DNA of 64,000 nt from an uncultured Candidatus Saccharibacteria bacterium (GCA_964350985.1 CAYGLK010000001.1:457973-521972), one strand, 5' to 3'; shown: positions 10,864 to 21,385, counted from the first letter of the stretch. Notes: generated from the sequence alone by a model not told the origin. Translations and numbers: made by a program.

Positions 10864-10944
10864 GCCGAAGTGGTGGAATGGTATACACGTGCGACTCAAA
10901 ATCGCATGGCGAAAGTCTTGAGGGTTCGAGTCCCTCCTTCGGCA
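10864..10944 (+). tRNA. tRNA-Leu(CAA)
   Basis: GCCGAAG/CTTCGGC acceptor, TGCGA-CTCAAAA-TCGCA anticodon arm, variable arm, GGTTCGAGTCC. Confidence 0.95.
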
Positions 10945-10994
10945 CAAAAACAATGAACCAAACACGAATAGTGTTTGGTGATTGTGTTTTTGTA

Positions 10995-11117
10995 GCCGAA
11001 GGAGGGACTCGAAAGACAGTTTCGAGGGACCCTTTAGGGACGAAACTGTCGGGGTCGAACGAGTGAGATATTTTATGAACGAAGTGAAATAAAATATCCA
11101 CGAGAGTGACCGAGTCC
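10995..11117 (+). mobile_element. tRNA-3'-templated hairpin element, copy at Leu(CAA)
   Basis: Starts with exact reverse complement of tRNA 10925-10943; two hairpins; GAACGAAGTGAA tip; ends TGACCGAGTCC. Confidence 0.7.
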
Positions 11118-11136
11118 TAAATCTCAATATTTAAAC

Positions 11137-12036
11137 ATGTCCCCTAAACCCAAAGTAATAGCAATTGTCGGACCAACTGCTTCAGGCAAGACTTCTCTCT
11201 CAGTTGAAGTAGCCAAAGCCTTTAATGGTGAAGTTATTTCCGCTGACTCACGACAAGTATACAAAGGACTTGATATTGGTTCTGGTAAAGTAACTCAGGA
11301 AGAAATGGAGGGAGTCAGACATCACTTACTTGATGTTATTAAACCGAACGAAACATATACTGGAGCCGATTTTGAACGAGACGCTAAAGTAGCGATTTCT
11401 GATATTCTAAGTCGCGGTAAGACACCTATTATCGCTGGCGGTACTTTCTTTTACCTTGATTTACTGCGAGGTACGATGCAGACAGCAGCAGTAGAACCAA
11501 ACCCAAAACTAAGAGCTGAGTTAGAAAAACTAACCAACCAAGAACTGTTTCAAAAAGTAGAATTATCTGATCCTAAAAGAGCTCAAGTGATTGATCCAGA
11601 CAATCGTCATCGACTTATTCGTACCTTAGAAATTATTGATTCCTTAGGTGAAGTACCTGAGCCAAAGAAAATTGAAAGTGAATATCAGTGGCAAATTTTT
11701 GGTATTGATATAGATAACGAAGACTTACACCCACGAATTGAAAAACGTCTTCATGACCGTTTAAAAAATGGCATGGTTGAAGAAGTGGAAAACCTACTTA
11801 AAGGTGGGTTAAGTAAAGAAAAGCTATCTGGCTTTGGGCTTGAGTATCGCTATCTAACTAGCTACATCCTTAAAGAAATTTCTTACGAAGAAATGACAGA
11901 ACATATTTTTGCTAAAAGTCGACAATTTGCTAAGAGGCAGCGAACTTGGCTCAAGCGTGACCAAGAGATAATTTGGAAGAAATTCCCTGTCGACTTAGAA
12001 GATGTGAAAGCTGACATAGAGGGATTTCTAGAATAG
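11137..12036 (+). CDS. miaA: tRNA dimethylallyltransferase
   Basis: GPTASGKT, SADSRQVY, AKRQRTW. Confidence 0.96.
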   Translation: MSPKPKVIAIVGPTASGKTSLSVEVAKAFNGEVISADSRQVYKGLDIGSGKVTQEEMEGVRHHLLDVIKPNETYTGADFERDAKVAISDILSRGKTPIIAGGTFFYLDLLRGTMQTAAVEPNPKLRAELEKLTNQELFQKVELSDPKRAQVIDPDNRHRLIRTLEIIDSLGEVPEPKKIESEYQWQIFGIDIDNEDLHPRIEKRLHDRLKNGMVEEVENLLKGGLSKEKLSGFGLEYRYLTSYILKEISYEEMTEHIFAKSRQFAKRQRTWLKRDQEIIWKKFPVDLEDVKADIEGFLE

Positions 12037-12069
12037 CTAGTTTGTGCTAGACTAAATCGTCGAAAATAA

Positions 12070-12140
12070 GGGCCTATAGTTCAGTGGTAGAATGCCGGTT
12101 TCCAAAACCGTTGACCAGGGTTCGAATCCTTGTGGGCCCG
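12070..12140 (+). tRNA. tRNA-Trp(CCA)
   Basis: GGGCCTA/TGGGCCC acceptor, CCA anticodon, GGTTCGAATCC. Confidence 0.93.
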
Positions 12141-12213
12141 CCCGAGTAAAAGCAAAAAGCCAAGACACCTGTCTTGGCTTTTTGCTTTTAGAACCTGACC
12201 TGCGTCAGGTTCG

Positions 12214-12335
12214 TACTCGGGCGGGAGCCGCAGGCATGTTTTGGCTTTTCATTAAGCCAAAACAGCCGAGGCGGGGTCGAGAGTACTTACTAGAATAGGA
12301 GCGAAGCGAACTATTATAGTTAGTAACTCGTGACC
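12214..12335 (+). mobile_element. hairpin element copy at tRNA-Trp
   Basis: TACTCGGGCGGG inverts the tRNA end; GGGGTCGAGAGTAC...GAGCGAAGCGAA...CTCGTGACC. Confidence 0.65.
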
Positions 12336-12385
12336 GCATAGAAATATAACCTCCACGAGAGTGAAAGAGTTGGTTGGTTAAACTA

Positions 12386-13303
12386 CTAAGAACGACAATC
12401 CCAGTGATCATTACTTGTATTTACTCCTTCTCGAACACATGCAACTCCGCTACTAATATTTACTCTACCTTGGCGACTTCCCTGATTTCCATCTCTAAAG
12501 TTTGGCCCCATAATATATGAATTAACGTCACTGGTTCTTAAGTCAAACTTATCTCCGCCAGCATGAGTTCCTGGTCCACTACCAGAGTGCCCTAGCTCAC
12601 TTCCTCCTGTTACTGTAAATGCTGGACAAGCGGTGCCGCATTCATTTCTTAAGTGAATAAGTCCTTGTATCGCTCCAGGATTTAATCCTTCTACACTAGT
12701 ACATCCTCCTGGGTGATCTTGATATCTGACACCAGCTGGACACTCCCCTTTATTAACGGTGATTCCATTTGAAGCAAGTGTACTTCTAGCTTCTCCATTA
12801 CCAATAACAGGAACTGCTCCCGGATCTACTGGAGTAACTCCACCCACCGCAGCTGGTGGATTATAAGTTGGTGTTTGTGTCTGGCACTGAACTTCAGACC
12901 ACGGACCCCAACCTTCTATTTCTCCAATCGGAGCATTTGACACACCTTCACCACTTCCCCCACCAACAATTGAACGCATGATCGTATCAACAAAAATCCA
13001 AGCCGACATAATGATTAAAAGCCCAATGATTCCATTCTTAAATTTACTTTTAGCACCTTCTAGTGCTGAAGTATTTCCAGCAGATGTAATTAGTCCGAAA
13101 CCAGACACCATCATGATATATACAAAAATCAGAAAGACTGCTCCAAAAAGCCAAATGATACCCTTATTAGCAATATCTACTACATTACAAGCACTACAAC
13201 TTGTCCCTTCACAAATTAATTCCGAAATACCAGCAGCATCAACGGTACTAACTGGAATAAAGACAAAAAAAAGTGCCACTAGAATTAGAAATTTCATACC
13301 CAA
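12386..13303 (-). CDS. TrbC/VirB2-like pilin fused to putative M15-type Zn peptidase domain
   Basis: Signal peptide, two TMs around SAGN..AKSK; C-terminal THAGGDKFD and HWD motifs. Confidence 0.6.
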   Translation of the reverse strand: MGMKFLILVALFFVFIPVSTVDAAGISELICEGTSCSACNVVDIANKGIIWLFGAVFLIFVYIMMVSGFGLITSAGNTSALEGAKSKFKNGIIGLLIIMSAWIFVDTIMRSIVGGGSGEGVSNAPIGEIEGWGPWSEVQCQTQTPTYNPPAAVGGVTPVDPGAVPVIGNGEARSTLASNGITVNKGECPAGVRYQDHPGGCTSVEGLNPGAIQGLIHLRNECGTACPAFTVTGGSELGHSGSGPGTHAGGDKFDLRTSDVNSYIMGPNFRDGNQGSRQGRVNISSGVACVREGVNTSNDHWDCRS

Positions 13304-13391
13304 TAATTATACTATATCAGTTACCTACAAAAGAAGCTCTGTGGCTAGCCTATTTGAAAAACCCACCGTCTGTGGTAATTTGTATGGCACT

Positions 13392-13474
13392 GCGTCGGTA
13401 CTCAAGCGGTCAACGAGGGGAGACTGTAAATCTCCTGACTTATGTCTACGAAGGTTCGAATCCCTCCCGGCGCA
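13392..13474 (+). tRNA. tRNA-Tyr(GTA)
   Basis: GCGTCGG/CCGGCGC acceptor, GGAGA-CTGTAAA-TCTCC anticodon arm, variable arm. Confidence 0.95.
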
Positions 13475-13585
13475 CAAACCTTGACAATACACTGTTTTTA
13501 GTGTATTGTTTATAAACCGTACTAAGGACTGACGTTTGCGAAAAGCGAATGCAGGAGATCGAAGGCGGAACCAGGAGAATGTTCC

Positions 13586-14029
13586 ATGAATCTGAGAATC
13601 TGGCTGAAAGCCAAAGCGAAGGTAGGTGACGATAGCAAGATCGCCAACCTGAAGGTCGAGTCGGACGAAAAAAGTGGGGGCAAGTACCTCAACGCTTACA
13701 TCGATCCGATGGACCCCGCCATGCGCATGCCTATCGTCCCATGCAAGGACGTGCGGGCGTACACGTACACGGACGAGTACCACGTCGGCTACCGGCCGGA
13801 CGGCTTGTACAAGACACCCCATGCCGAGGCACGAGTGAAGACCAACAAGAACCTCCATACCCCAAGCTGGGACAACAAGGAGGACTGCTCGTTCATGATG
13901 GTTTCGCAGACCATCTCCATCACCGCCCCTAGCCTGAAAGCGCTCCGCGAGATCTACTCCAAGGTCCGCACCGGCGAACTGAAGGCTACGGAAGTCTGGG
14001 GAGAGGTCAAGGAAGAAATGTCGTACTGA
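13586..14029 (+). CDS. GC-rich orphan protein inserted at tRNA-Tyr
   Basis: 147-aa ORF, AGGAG RBS, visibly higher GC than flanks, TTGACA upstream, hairpin downstream. Confidence 0.75.
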   Translation: MNLRIWLKAKAKVGDDSKIANLKVESDEKSGGKYLNAYIDPMDPAMRMPIVPCKDVRAYTYTDEYHVGYRPDGLYKTPHAEARVKTNKNLHTPSWDNKEDCSFMMVSQTISITAPSLKALREIYSKVRTGELKATEVWGEVKEEMSY

Positions 14030-14186
14030 CGCCACACCAGCTCCATGCAAGTCGAAGCAGCTCCTGCTTCCCTGCCGGAGCTGTTTTCTATTTATATTAA
14101 ACCGCACAAAAGTGTCTAACCAACTCCAGCTCGGCGCACCAAATACCAAAACCAAAGCTTACGCTTTGGTTTTGTTGTATTTGTTA

Positions 14187-14309
14187 GCGCCGGGAGGGAT
14201 TCGAATGACTCTTTCGAGGGACCCTCAGGGACGAAAGAGTCGGGGTCGCAAGAGTGAGATATTTTATGAACGCAGTGAAATAAAATCTCCACGAGAGTGA
14301 CCGAATCCC
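14187..14309 (+). mobile_element. hairpin element copy belonging to tRNA-Tyr
   Basis: GCGCCGGGAGGGATTCGAA is the reverse complement of 13455-13473; ends TGACCGAATCCC. Confidence 0.7.
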
Positions 14310-14587
14310 GTAAAACGTCACGTGCGTAGGGATTCGAAAAGCTTTTGAGCATTTTCTTGAGTTTACGAAAAGAAAATCCAAAAGGTGTGCTGCCCCTGTA
14401 AGCAAAGCTTTCTTTCACTGCATTCATATCATAAATGAAAATAAAATTTAATTTAGATACTCATTTGTGAAAGTAACGACCGAAATTCCCTCCCAACACC
14501 CAGTAAATATTGACATCAGACATAAAAAGTAGTTAAATCTGGTTTGCTAGCCTGTCCTTTCCACCCCTCCCCCACCAAGGAAACATC

Positions 14588-14929
14588 ATGATCACATTCT
14601 CCCCCAAAAACAACTTCTTCGGCCGTTTCATTGCCTGGCTGAATGATTTTTCACTGGACATTCAAGAAGCCTGCTTCATCCGCAGAAAATTGACCCTTAC
14701 TGAGATGGTCCGATCGTCCAAGGAGGTCTTTGAATGCTGTAAAGAAGATGCCTCCCGAGAAGCAGCCTTGGAAATTTGGGACAACGCTGCTAAGAATCTA
14801 ATTCTAAGCACTGAGACGATCTCAGAGCTGGAAAAGGCTCTTTTGCTTTCACCTAGCGGTGGTAAGGCCGAAGAAACAGCAAGTGATTACCAAAGACCTA
14901 AACTTTTGGCTGCCGTCAGCGGCGAGTAA
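14588..14929 (+). CDS. hypothetical protein
   Basis: 113-aa ORF with AAGGA RBS, TTGACA upstream, hairpin terminator downstream. Confidence 0.6.
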   Translation: MITFSPKNNFFGRFIAWLNDFSLDIQEACFIRRKLTLTEMVRSSKEVFECCKEDASREAALEIWDNAAKNLILSTETISELEKALLLSPSGGKAEETASDYQRPKLLAAVSGE

Positions 14930-15053
14930 GCGACCCGACCCGGCCGAGACGACCCGCCTTCGCGGACACGTCTCGGCGGGTTGTTTTTTAATAACTATCT
15001 TAAATAAAAAGGTCCGGCAAAGCCGGATCTTTTTATTGCTCAGATGACTCAAA

Positions 15054-17759
15054 TTAAGCTTTAACTGTCGTCTTAGTTTTTCGTGAACCGACTTTACTCT
15101 TTCCTGTCTTACTTCCCTTCTTCAGCACGTCAAAACTAAGCTCTCCTTTCTTCATTGAGACTTTAACATTACCTTTTTGTAACATTCCTTCTCCTACCAT
15201 CATGTTAGCTACAGGTGTCAGGATCTTACTTTGAATTACTCGCTTTAGTGGACGTGCTCCAAATTTTGGATCGTAACCTTCACGTGCAATAAATTCTAGA
15301 ACTTCATCAGTCAATGACAAAGTGATTTCTTTTTTAGCTAGACGCTTTTGGACATCTTCAATTTGAATATTAACGATACTGCGGATAGTCTCTGCAGTTA
15401 AGATATCGAAGATAATGATCTCATCCAATCGATTGAGGAATTCTGGACGGAAAAATAGCTTCAGACTATCCAATACCTTATCTTTTGCTTGGACATACTG
15501 CGCTACCTCACCCTTATCATCCAAAGATGAGAAGCCATAGCTAGACATACGATCGATATGTTCAGCTCCAATATTTGAAGTCATGACAATCACTGTATTG
15601 CGGAAGTTTACTTTCCGACCCTTAGCGTCAGTTAAGTGACCTGAGTCTAGGACTTGAAGCAAAATGTTAAATACTTCAGGGTGAGCTTTTTCGATCTCAT
15701 CGAGCAAGATAACAGAGTATGGTCGGTGACGAACTCGTTCAGTTATAGAACCGCCTTCTTCGTGACCAACATAGCCTGGAGGCGAACCGATGATTTTAGA
15801 AACTGAATGTTTCTCCATAAACTCAGACATATCAATCCGGATCAAGGCATCAGGATCGTTAAACATAAATTCAGTCAAAGACCGTGCTAGTTCTGTTTTA
15901 CCAACTCCGGTTGGACCTAGGAATAAGAACGAACCAATTGGTCGGTTTGGATCTGAGATACCAGCTCGTGATCGCTTGATAGCGTCAGCGACGAGTTTAA
16001 TAGCATGAGTCTGTCCAACCACTTTTTCAGACAAAACTTCTGCCATACGACCAAGTTTCTTGGCTTCTTCTTCAAGCATCCGAGATACAGGAATACCTGT
16101 CCAACGAGAAACAACCGCAGCAATATCTTCTTCAGTCACTTCTTCTTTAAGTAATCGTCGGTGACGTTGTAGTTTCTTTAGACGCTTTAATTTATCATCC
16201 AGTTTCTTTTCAGATGAAGGGATGTAGTCATAACGAATCTCAGCTGCTTTTGTCAGGTCGGCCATAGCTTCAGCTGTTTCCGCCTCCGTTCTGAGTTCTT
16301 CTAGAGTTTTCTTCAGTGCACTGATTTCACCCAGAGCAGTTCTTTCGTTAGTCCACTTTACTTCGATAGCCGAAGTGGTTTCTTTCAACTCACCAATCTC
16401 TTCTTCAATCTCTTTGATTCGAGCTTTGATCTTGGTTTTGTTTTCAGAAATCTCAACTTCTTTACGCAAAGCCTCACGCTCGATTTCTAGTCGTCGTATC
16501 TTACGATCAGCAAGCACTAACTCTTCAGGTTTATTCTCAAGCGAGATACGTAAAGCAGAAGCAGCTTCATCGATGAGGTCAACAGCCTTATCAGGCAGAA
16601 AACGATCAGTGATATAGCGTGAAGATAGATTTACCGCTGACACAATAGCGTCGTCAGTAATTCGTACTCCATGGAATAATTCATACTTCTCAGATAGACC
16701 ACGCAAAATAGCTACCGCATCTTCAGGCGATGGTTCATTTACAAATACTGGTTGGAAACGTCGTGTTAAAGCAGGATCTTTTTCAATATGTTTTTGATAC
16801 TCTTTCAGGGTAGTAGCACCAATAACTCTCATCTCACCACGAGCCAAAGCTGGCTTCAACATATTTGAAGCGTCCATTGAACCTTCTGCTTGACCAGCTC
16901 CAACAATAGTATGAAGTTCATCAATAAATAAGATCACTTTACCGGCAGCGGCTTCAACTTCTTTCATAACTGTTTTAAGTCTTTCTTCAAACTCACCACG
17001 GAACTTTGTTCCAGCAACGAGCAGGCCTAAGTCTAGTGAAAGGATTTCTTTTTCCTTGACTGATTCTGGTACTTGACCTAAAACAATTTGTTGAGCTAGA
17101 CCTTCAGCAATAGCCGTCTTTCCAACCCCAGCTTCTCCAATAAGGACGGGATTATTTTTTGTTCGCCGAGATAGGATCTGTACTACTCGCTGAATTTCTA
17201 AGTCACGACCGATAACAGGATCAAGTTTATTTTCTTGAGCTAGTTTTGTCAGGTTGCGAGTGTATTTTGTCAGAGCGCGATATTTTTTTGGAGACTGAAC
17301 ATCAGTGATGTTATTTTCTCGAATTTCTTTGATGGTCTTTAATACTCTTTCTTTCTCTATATCCATTCGCTTCAGCATTTCAGCTGCTGGTCCAGGATGT
17401 TCCAAGATAGCAATAAACAGGTGTTCTACTCCTACATATGAGTCACCGGTCTTCTCAGCAAATTGTCCAGAGAAATCCAAAGCCTTAGCTAACTCAGGAG
17501 TTAGGTAGAGTTGGTATGAAGGTGAGATGGTTGTCTGCATCTCGGTCACCTCAAGTGCTTCTAGTAGAAGATCAGTAAAAGCAATCACGTCTATATCTAG
17601 ACGATCCAGAACAGAAATAACCATACTCTCGTCTTGCATCGCAAGAGAAGTAAGTAAGTGAATCGGACTAACATGATTTTGTCCGCGTTCAATGGCTAGT
17701 TCATGGGCTTTTCGGATAGCTTCCTTAGCTTTAGATGTAAAATTTTGAAAATTTGGCAT
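15054..17759 (-). CDS. clpB: ATP-dependent chaperone ClpB
   Basis: Two AAA+ modules ([16 protein letters not shown]) and long middle coiled coil. Confidence 0.93.
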   Translation of the reverse strand: MPNFQNFTSKAKEAIRKAHELAIERGQNHVSPIHLLTSLAMQDESMVISVLDRLDIDVIAFTDLLLEALEVTEMQTTISPSYQLYLTPELAKALDFSGQFAEKTGDSYVGVEHLFIAILEHPGPAAEMLKRMDIEKERVLKTIKEIRENNITDVQSPKKYRALTKYTRNLTKLAQENKLDPVIGRDLEIQRVVQILSRRTKNNPVLIGEAGVGKTAIAEGLAQQIVLGQVPESVKEKEILSLDLGLLVAGTKFRGEFEERLKTVMKEVEAAAGKVILFIDELHTIVGAGQAEGSMDASNMLKPALARGEMRVIGATTLKEYQKHIEKDPALTRRFQPVFVNEPSPEDAVAILRGLSEKYELFHGVRITDDAIVSAVNLSSRYITDRFLPDKAVDLIDEAASALRISLENKPEELVLADRKIRRLEIEREALRKEVEISENKTKIKARIKEIEEEIGELKETTSAIEVKWTNERTALGEISALKKTLEELRTEAETAEAMADLTKAAEIRYDYIPSSEKKLDDKLKRLKKLQRHRRLLKEEVTEEDIAAVVSRWTGIPVSRMLEEEAKKLGRMAEVLSEKVVGQTHAIKLVADAIKRSRAGISDPNRPIGSFLFLGPTGVGKTELARSLTEFMFNDPDALIRIDMSEFMEKHSVSKIIGSPPGYVGHEEGGSITERVRHRPYSVILLDEIEKAHPEVFNILLQVLDSGHLTDAKGRKVNFRNTVIVMTSNIGAEHIDRMSSYGFSSLDDKGEVAQYVQAKDKVLDSLKLFFRPEFLNRLDEIIIFDILTAETIRSIVNIQIEDVQKRLAKKEITLSLTDEVLEFIAREGYDPKFGARPLKRVIQSKILTPVANMMVGEGMLQKGNVKVSMKKGELSFDVLKKGSKTGKSKVGSRKTKTTVKA

Positions 17760-17872
17760 AGGTCAACAATGATTATACTTGATAGCGCTCTGTAAACAGA
17801 AATAAAATTAGGATAGCGCCTTCCTTTATATTACTACGTCTTTAATTCTTCTATATTGCAACAAAAATACTC

Positions 17873-19078
17873 TTAAGTCAATCCAGACATCTTCTCGTGA
17901 AATTTTGTTAAGACTACTAGAACTTTATCTAAATCTGATTTTGTAGTCTCTTCTCCTAGTGAAAGTCTGAGAGTTGATTTTGCTCTATCTATATCATCCG
18001 TCATTACTCGCACCACCTTACTCTCTCCACTCCCGGCTCCAGCACAAGCACTTTTAGTACTAGCGGCAATACCATGTTTATCTAAATAAACTACTAAGTA
18101 CTCCGTATCAAACCCAGGCAACGATATATTTATGTTGTTAGCTAGACGATCTTCACCTAATGGACCATTTATTTTTACTTGAGCAAGAACGTCAGGAATT
18201 TTTTCAAAGAAAAAATTCCTGACGTTGGCTACCTTCTCAGCTCGACTCAAATAGTTTTTCTGAGCCAACTCTAAAGCTGTCGCCCCGCCAACTATACCGG
18301 CAACATTTTCGGTACCTGGTCGGAGTCCCATTTCCTGTCCTCCACCATAAAGTATTGGTACTAATGAAACCTCGCCGCGTTTAGCCAAGATCCCCATCCC
18401 CTTTGGTCCATTACATTTACCTGTATCAAGTGACATCAGATCAACTCCAAGTGTCGAGAGTGAACACGGTAGCCATAATGGAGCTTGGGCTGCATCTACA
18501 TGAACAATTATTTTTTTACTTACTTCTTTTTCAAAACTACGCACCACTCGGACCAAACGTCCGACAGACTGCACCGTTCCTACTTCACTATTTGCATAAG
18601 CAAAAGTAACCAAGACCGTCTTCTCACTTAAAGCAGCTTCAAGAGCTCCGACAGAAATCTTGCCCTCATTATCTACTTCCACAAACTTAACCTTAATACC
18701 AGTCGCTTCGAGAATAGGGATCAGATTAGCAATTGATGGATGTTCAATTTCGGTGGTAACAATCTCCATCTCAGCATATGGTATTCCGTCGATCTGTTTT
18801 AGTTTTTTAACTAGACCTAAAATAGCTAGATTGTTACTTTCTGTACCTCCAGAGGTAAAAGTGATGCCGGTTGGTTGAATACCAAGCACCGTAGCAACTT
18901 TCTGACGAGCAGAAGCAGTAGCTACTTTCGATCTCAGTCCCGCACTATGAATAGCACTCGGGTTAGCGTACTCATTATCCAGAAACGGACTCATGGCTTT
19001 TTTTACCAAAGGATGGAGGGGTGTTGCAGCAGCATGATCAAGATAAATCTGCTGGTTTTTTCTGAAAAAGGAAAACAT
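17873..19078 (-). CDS. iscS: cysteine desulfurase (IscS/NifS family)
   Basis: YLDHAAAT, HVDAAQA, GPKG, RPGTEN, SACAG; start uncertain. Confidence 0.88.
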   Translation of the reverse strand: MFSFFRKNQQIYLDHAAATPLHPLVKKAMSPFLDNEYANPSAIHSAGLRSKVATASARQKVATVLGIQPTGITFTSGGTESNNLAILGLVKKLKQIDGIPYAEMEIVTTEIEHPSIANLIPILEATGIKVKFVEVDNEGKISVGALEAALSEKTVLVTFAYANSEVGTVQSVGRLVRVVRSFEKEVSKKIIVHVDAAQAPLWLPCSLSTLGVDLMSLDTGKCNGPKGMGILAKRGEVSLVPILYGGGQEMGLRPGTENVAGIVGGATALELAQKNYLSRAEKVANVRNFFFEKIPDVLAQVKINGPLGEDRLANNINISLPGFDTEYLVVYLDKHGIAASTKSACAGAGSGESKVVRVMTDDIDRAKSTLRLSLGEETTKSDLDKVLVVLTKFHEKMSGLT

Positions 19079-19181
19079 CTTAAAATCATGACACAAGGTG
19101 AAAAATATGTAAATCTTTGCTATACTGCCGTACATTCAATTATTAGCACACCCCTTAAAGGTGTTTTTCCGTATTTGTACC

Positions 19182-20681
19182 ATGAAAAAAAGCAAAACAG
19201 CCCCAAGTAACGTAGTAAAAAGGCCACCAATTGTGGTTGTGATGGGTCATATTGACCACGGTAAATCGACCTTGCTCGATTACATTCGTAAGAGTAATAG
19301 TGTTGACGCTGAAGCTGGTGGTATCACCCAACACCTCTCGGCTTACGTAGTTACACACAAGACAAAGGAAGGAAATACGGAGAACATCACTTTTCTAGAT
19401 ACTCCTGGACACGAAGCTTTTCAAAAGATGCGTCTTCGTGGTGCTGACGTAGCTGATATTGCTATCTTGGTAGTTTCAGCTGAAGACGGTGTTAAGCCGC
19501 AAACTCTTGAAGCCCTAGCTTCAATCAAGCAAGCTAACCTTCCTTACATTGTTGCGATCAACAAAATCGATAAGCCTGGAGCAAACATCGTTAAAACTCA
19601 ATCTAGCCTGATCGAAAACGAAATCTATATCGAAGGAATGGGTGGTGATATTCCTTGGGTTGGTATTTCAGCTAAATCTGGAGAAAACATCTCTGAGCTT
19701 TTAGACATTGTAGTTTTAGCTGCTGACTTAGCTGAACTAAAAGCTGACACCAATGCTCCTGCTGTTGGACAAATCATCGAAGGTAAGATGGATCCAAAAC
19801 GCGGAAACACAGCTACATTGATAGTAAAAGAAGGGACACTAAAGAAAGGAACGTTTGTCGTTTCTGGTTCTTCGTATACTCCAGTTAGAATTATGGAAAA
19901 TCATCTCGGGAAAGCTATAGCTGAAGCTGGTCCTTCAACACCAGTTGGTATTGTTGGTTTTGGCGACATTCCTGTGATTGGAGCTGAATTCTATACAGTA
20001 AACTCAAAGAAAGAAGCTGAGGTGGCAATTGAAGCCAACCAACCAGTTGTTAAAGAGCATGTTAGAGAGATGAATCCCCTACCAACTATTCCAATTCTGA
20101 TCAAGGCAGACGTACTTGGTACGATTGAAGCTATTGAACATGAGCTGAGTAAATTTACTTCAGAAAGAATTGCTGTCCGCGTAATTGACACTGGCGTCGG
20201 TAATGTTACTTCAAACGATATCCAAAACGTTAGTGCTACTAAAAACGCGATCGTGGTTGGATTCAATGTAAAAGTCGAACGCCAAGCTGCTGAGCTAGCT
20301 GAAAGACTAGGAGTAGAAATTGATACTTTTGATATTATCTACGAACTATCTGAATGGCTAAATACAGCTCTTAAGAATCGAACACCTAGAATGGAAGAGC
20401 AGCAAGTGACTGGAAAAGTTAAAGTGCTTAAGTATTTCAGTACTCAAAAGAATCTCCACGTACTTGGCGCTCGTATGGAAGAAGGTGTTATCAAGATGAA
20501 ACAACGAGTTAAAATTACTCGTCGAGATGTTGAGATTGGAAAAGGAACAATTAAAAACCTACAGCAGTTCAAATCTGACGTACAACAGGTTGAAACTGGT
20601 GAGTTTGGGCTCCAGCTCGAAACTCGCAACGAAGTCGCTCCAGGAGACAACCTAGAGCCTTACGACACTGTAATTACCTAG
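19182..20681 (+). CDS. infB: translation initiation factor IF-2 (short form lacking N-terminal domain)
   Basis: RPPIVVVMGHIDHGKSTLLD, DTPGHEAF. Confidence 0.95.
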   Translation: MKKSKTAPSNVVKRPPIVVVMGHIDHGKSTLLDYIRKSNSVDAEAGGITQHLSAYVVTHKTKEGNTENITFLDTPGHEAFQKMRLRGADVADIAILVVSAEDGVKPQTLEALASIKQANLPYIVAINKIDKPGANIVKTQSSLIENEIYIEGMGGDIPWVGISAKSGENISELLDIVVLAADLAELKADTNAPAVGQIIEGKMDPKRGNTATLIVKEGTLKKGTFVVSGSSYTPVRIMENHLGKAIAEAGPSTPVGIVGFGDIPVIGAEFYTVNSKKEAEVAIEANQPVVKEHVREMNPLPTIPILIKADVLGTIEAIEHELSKFTSERIAVRVIDTGVGNVTSNDIQNVSATKNAIVVGFNVKVERQAAELAERLGVEIDTFDIIYELSEWLNTALKNRTPRMEEQQVTGKVKVLKYFSTQKNLHVLGARMEEGVIKMKQRVKITRRDVEIGKGTIKNLQQFKSDVQQVETGEFGLQLETRNEVAPGDNLEPYDTVIT

Positions 20682-20689
20682 TCTTATAT

Positions 20690-21025
20690 ATGTCTGATCG
20701 TCATTTAAGAGTAGAGTCCCTGATCCGCGAGTTGGTGGCTAGCTTTATTCAACACGAAGCTAACACCGATCCACTTATTACTGTTACTCATACAAGTACT
20801 TCTCCCGACTACCGCCGGGTGACTATTTTCTTTACTACCATTCCTGGTAGTCCTGAAGCTGAAGCAAACGCTCTAGCTTTCCTAAAGCGAATGGGCGGCG
20901 AACTACGTGGCTACATCAAGAAAAAGAGTAACCTAAAAATTATTCCTTTTATCGAGTTTAGTGTGGACTATGGTGAAAGACACCGTCAACAAATTGATGA
21001 TATTGTCCGAGATATCGAAAAATAA
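20690..21025 (+). CDS. rbfA: ribosome-binding factor A
   Basis: Follows infB; ITVT..SPD and IPFIEF pattern. Confidence 0.85.
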   Translation: MSDRHLRVESLIRELVASFIQHEANTDPLITVTHTSTSPDYRRVTIFFTTIPGSPEAEANALAFLKRMGGELRGYIKKKSNLKIIPFIEFSVDYGERHRQQIDDIVRDIEK

Positions 21026-21129
21026 CAAAAAGCTGTCCCCCGGGACAGCTTTTTGTTATTTTCGACAACAGAAGTCCTTAAAATACACTTTGATCGTATC
21101 TAATTTAATGCTAAAGTACTCTCTACAAA

Positions 21130-21202
21130 GTCCTGGTGGCGAAGTGGTTAACGCTGCGGTTTGCAAAACCGCCATACGTGGGTTCAACTCCCACCCAGGA
21201 CT
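21130..21202 (+). tRNA. tRNA-Cys(GCA)
   Basis: GTCCTGG/CCAGGAC acceptor, GCGGT-TTGCAAA-ACCGC anticodon arm. Confidence 0.93.
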
Positions 21203-21270
21203 CACGTCATTAAAACGCTTCGAGCGTTTTAATGACGTGAGTCCTGGAGCATCATGCTTAGGCATGATGC

Positions 21271-21385
21271 GGGTGGGAGTTGAACAGCGGAGCAATGTTT
21301 TCTTTCCTCCTAGAAAGAAAACGAGCGAGCTGCGTCCAGTAGTTCTTATGAGCGTCAGCGAATTAGAAACTACGGGACAACTCCC
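21271..21385 (+). mobile_element. hairpin element copy at tRNA-Cys
   Basis: GGGTGGGAGTTGAA is the reverse complement of 21183-21196; tip GAGCGTCAGCGAA; ends CAACTCCC. Confidence 0.65.

Noticed and set aside
10995-11117. Elements as tRNA introns or split tRNA halves
   Set aside because: All adjacent tRNAs are intact; the extra copies cover only 3' fragments and no group I core or bulge-helix-bulge motif was seen.
10820-11127. ORFs overlapping tRNAs and hairpin elements (also 12092-12411, 14112-14427, 20961-21421, 21636-22260, 40930-41112)
   Set aside because: They are shadows of tRNA and palindromic sequence; their mutual similarity reflects the repeat, not a protein family.
13325-14155. 276-aa minus-strand ORF
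   Set aside because: Antisense shadow of the GC-rich plus-strand gene, and it runs through tRNA-Tyr.
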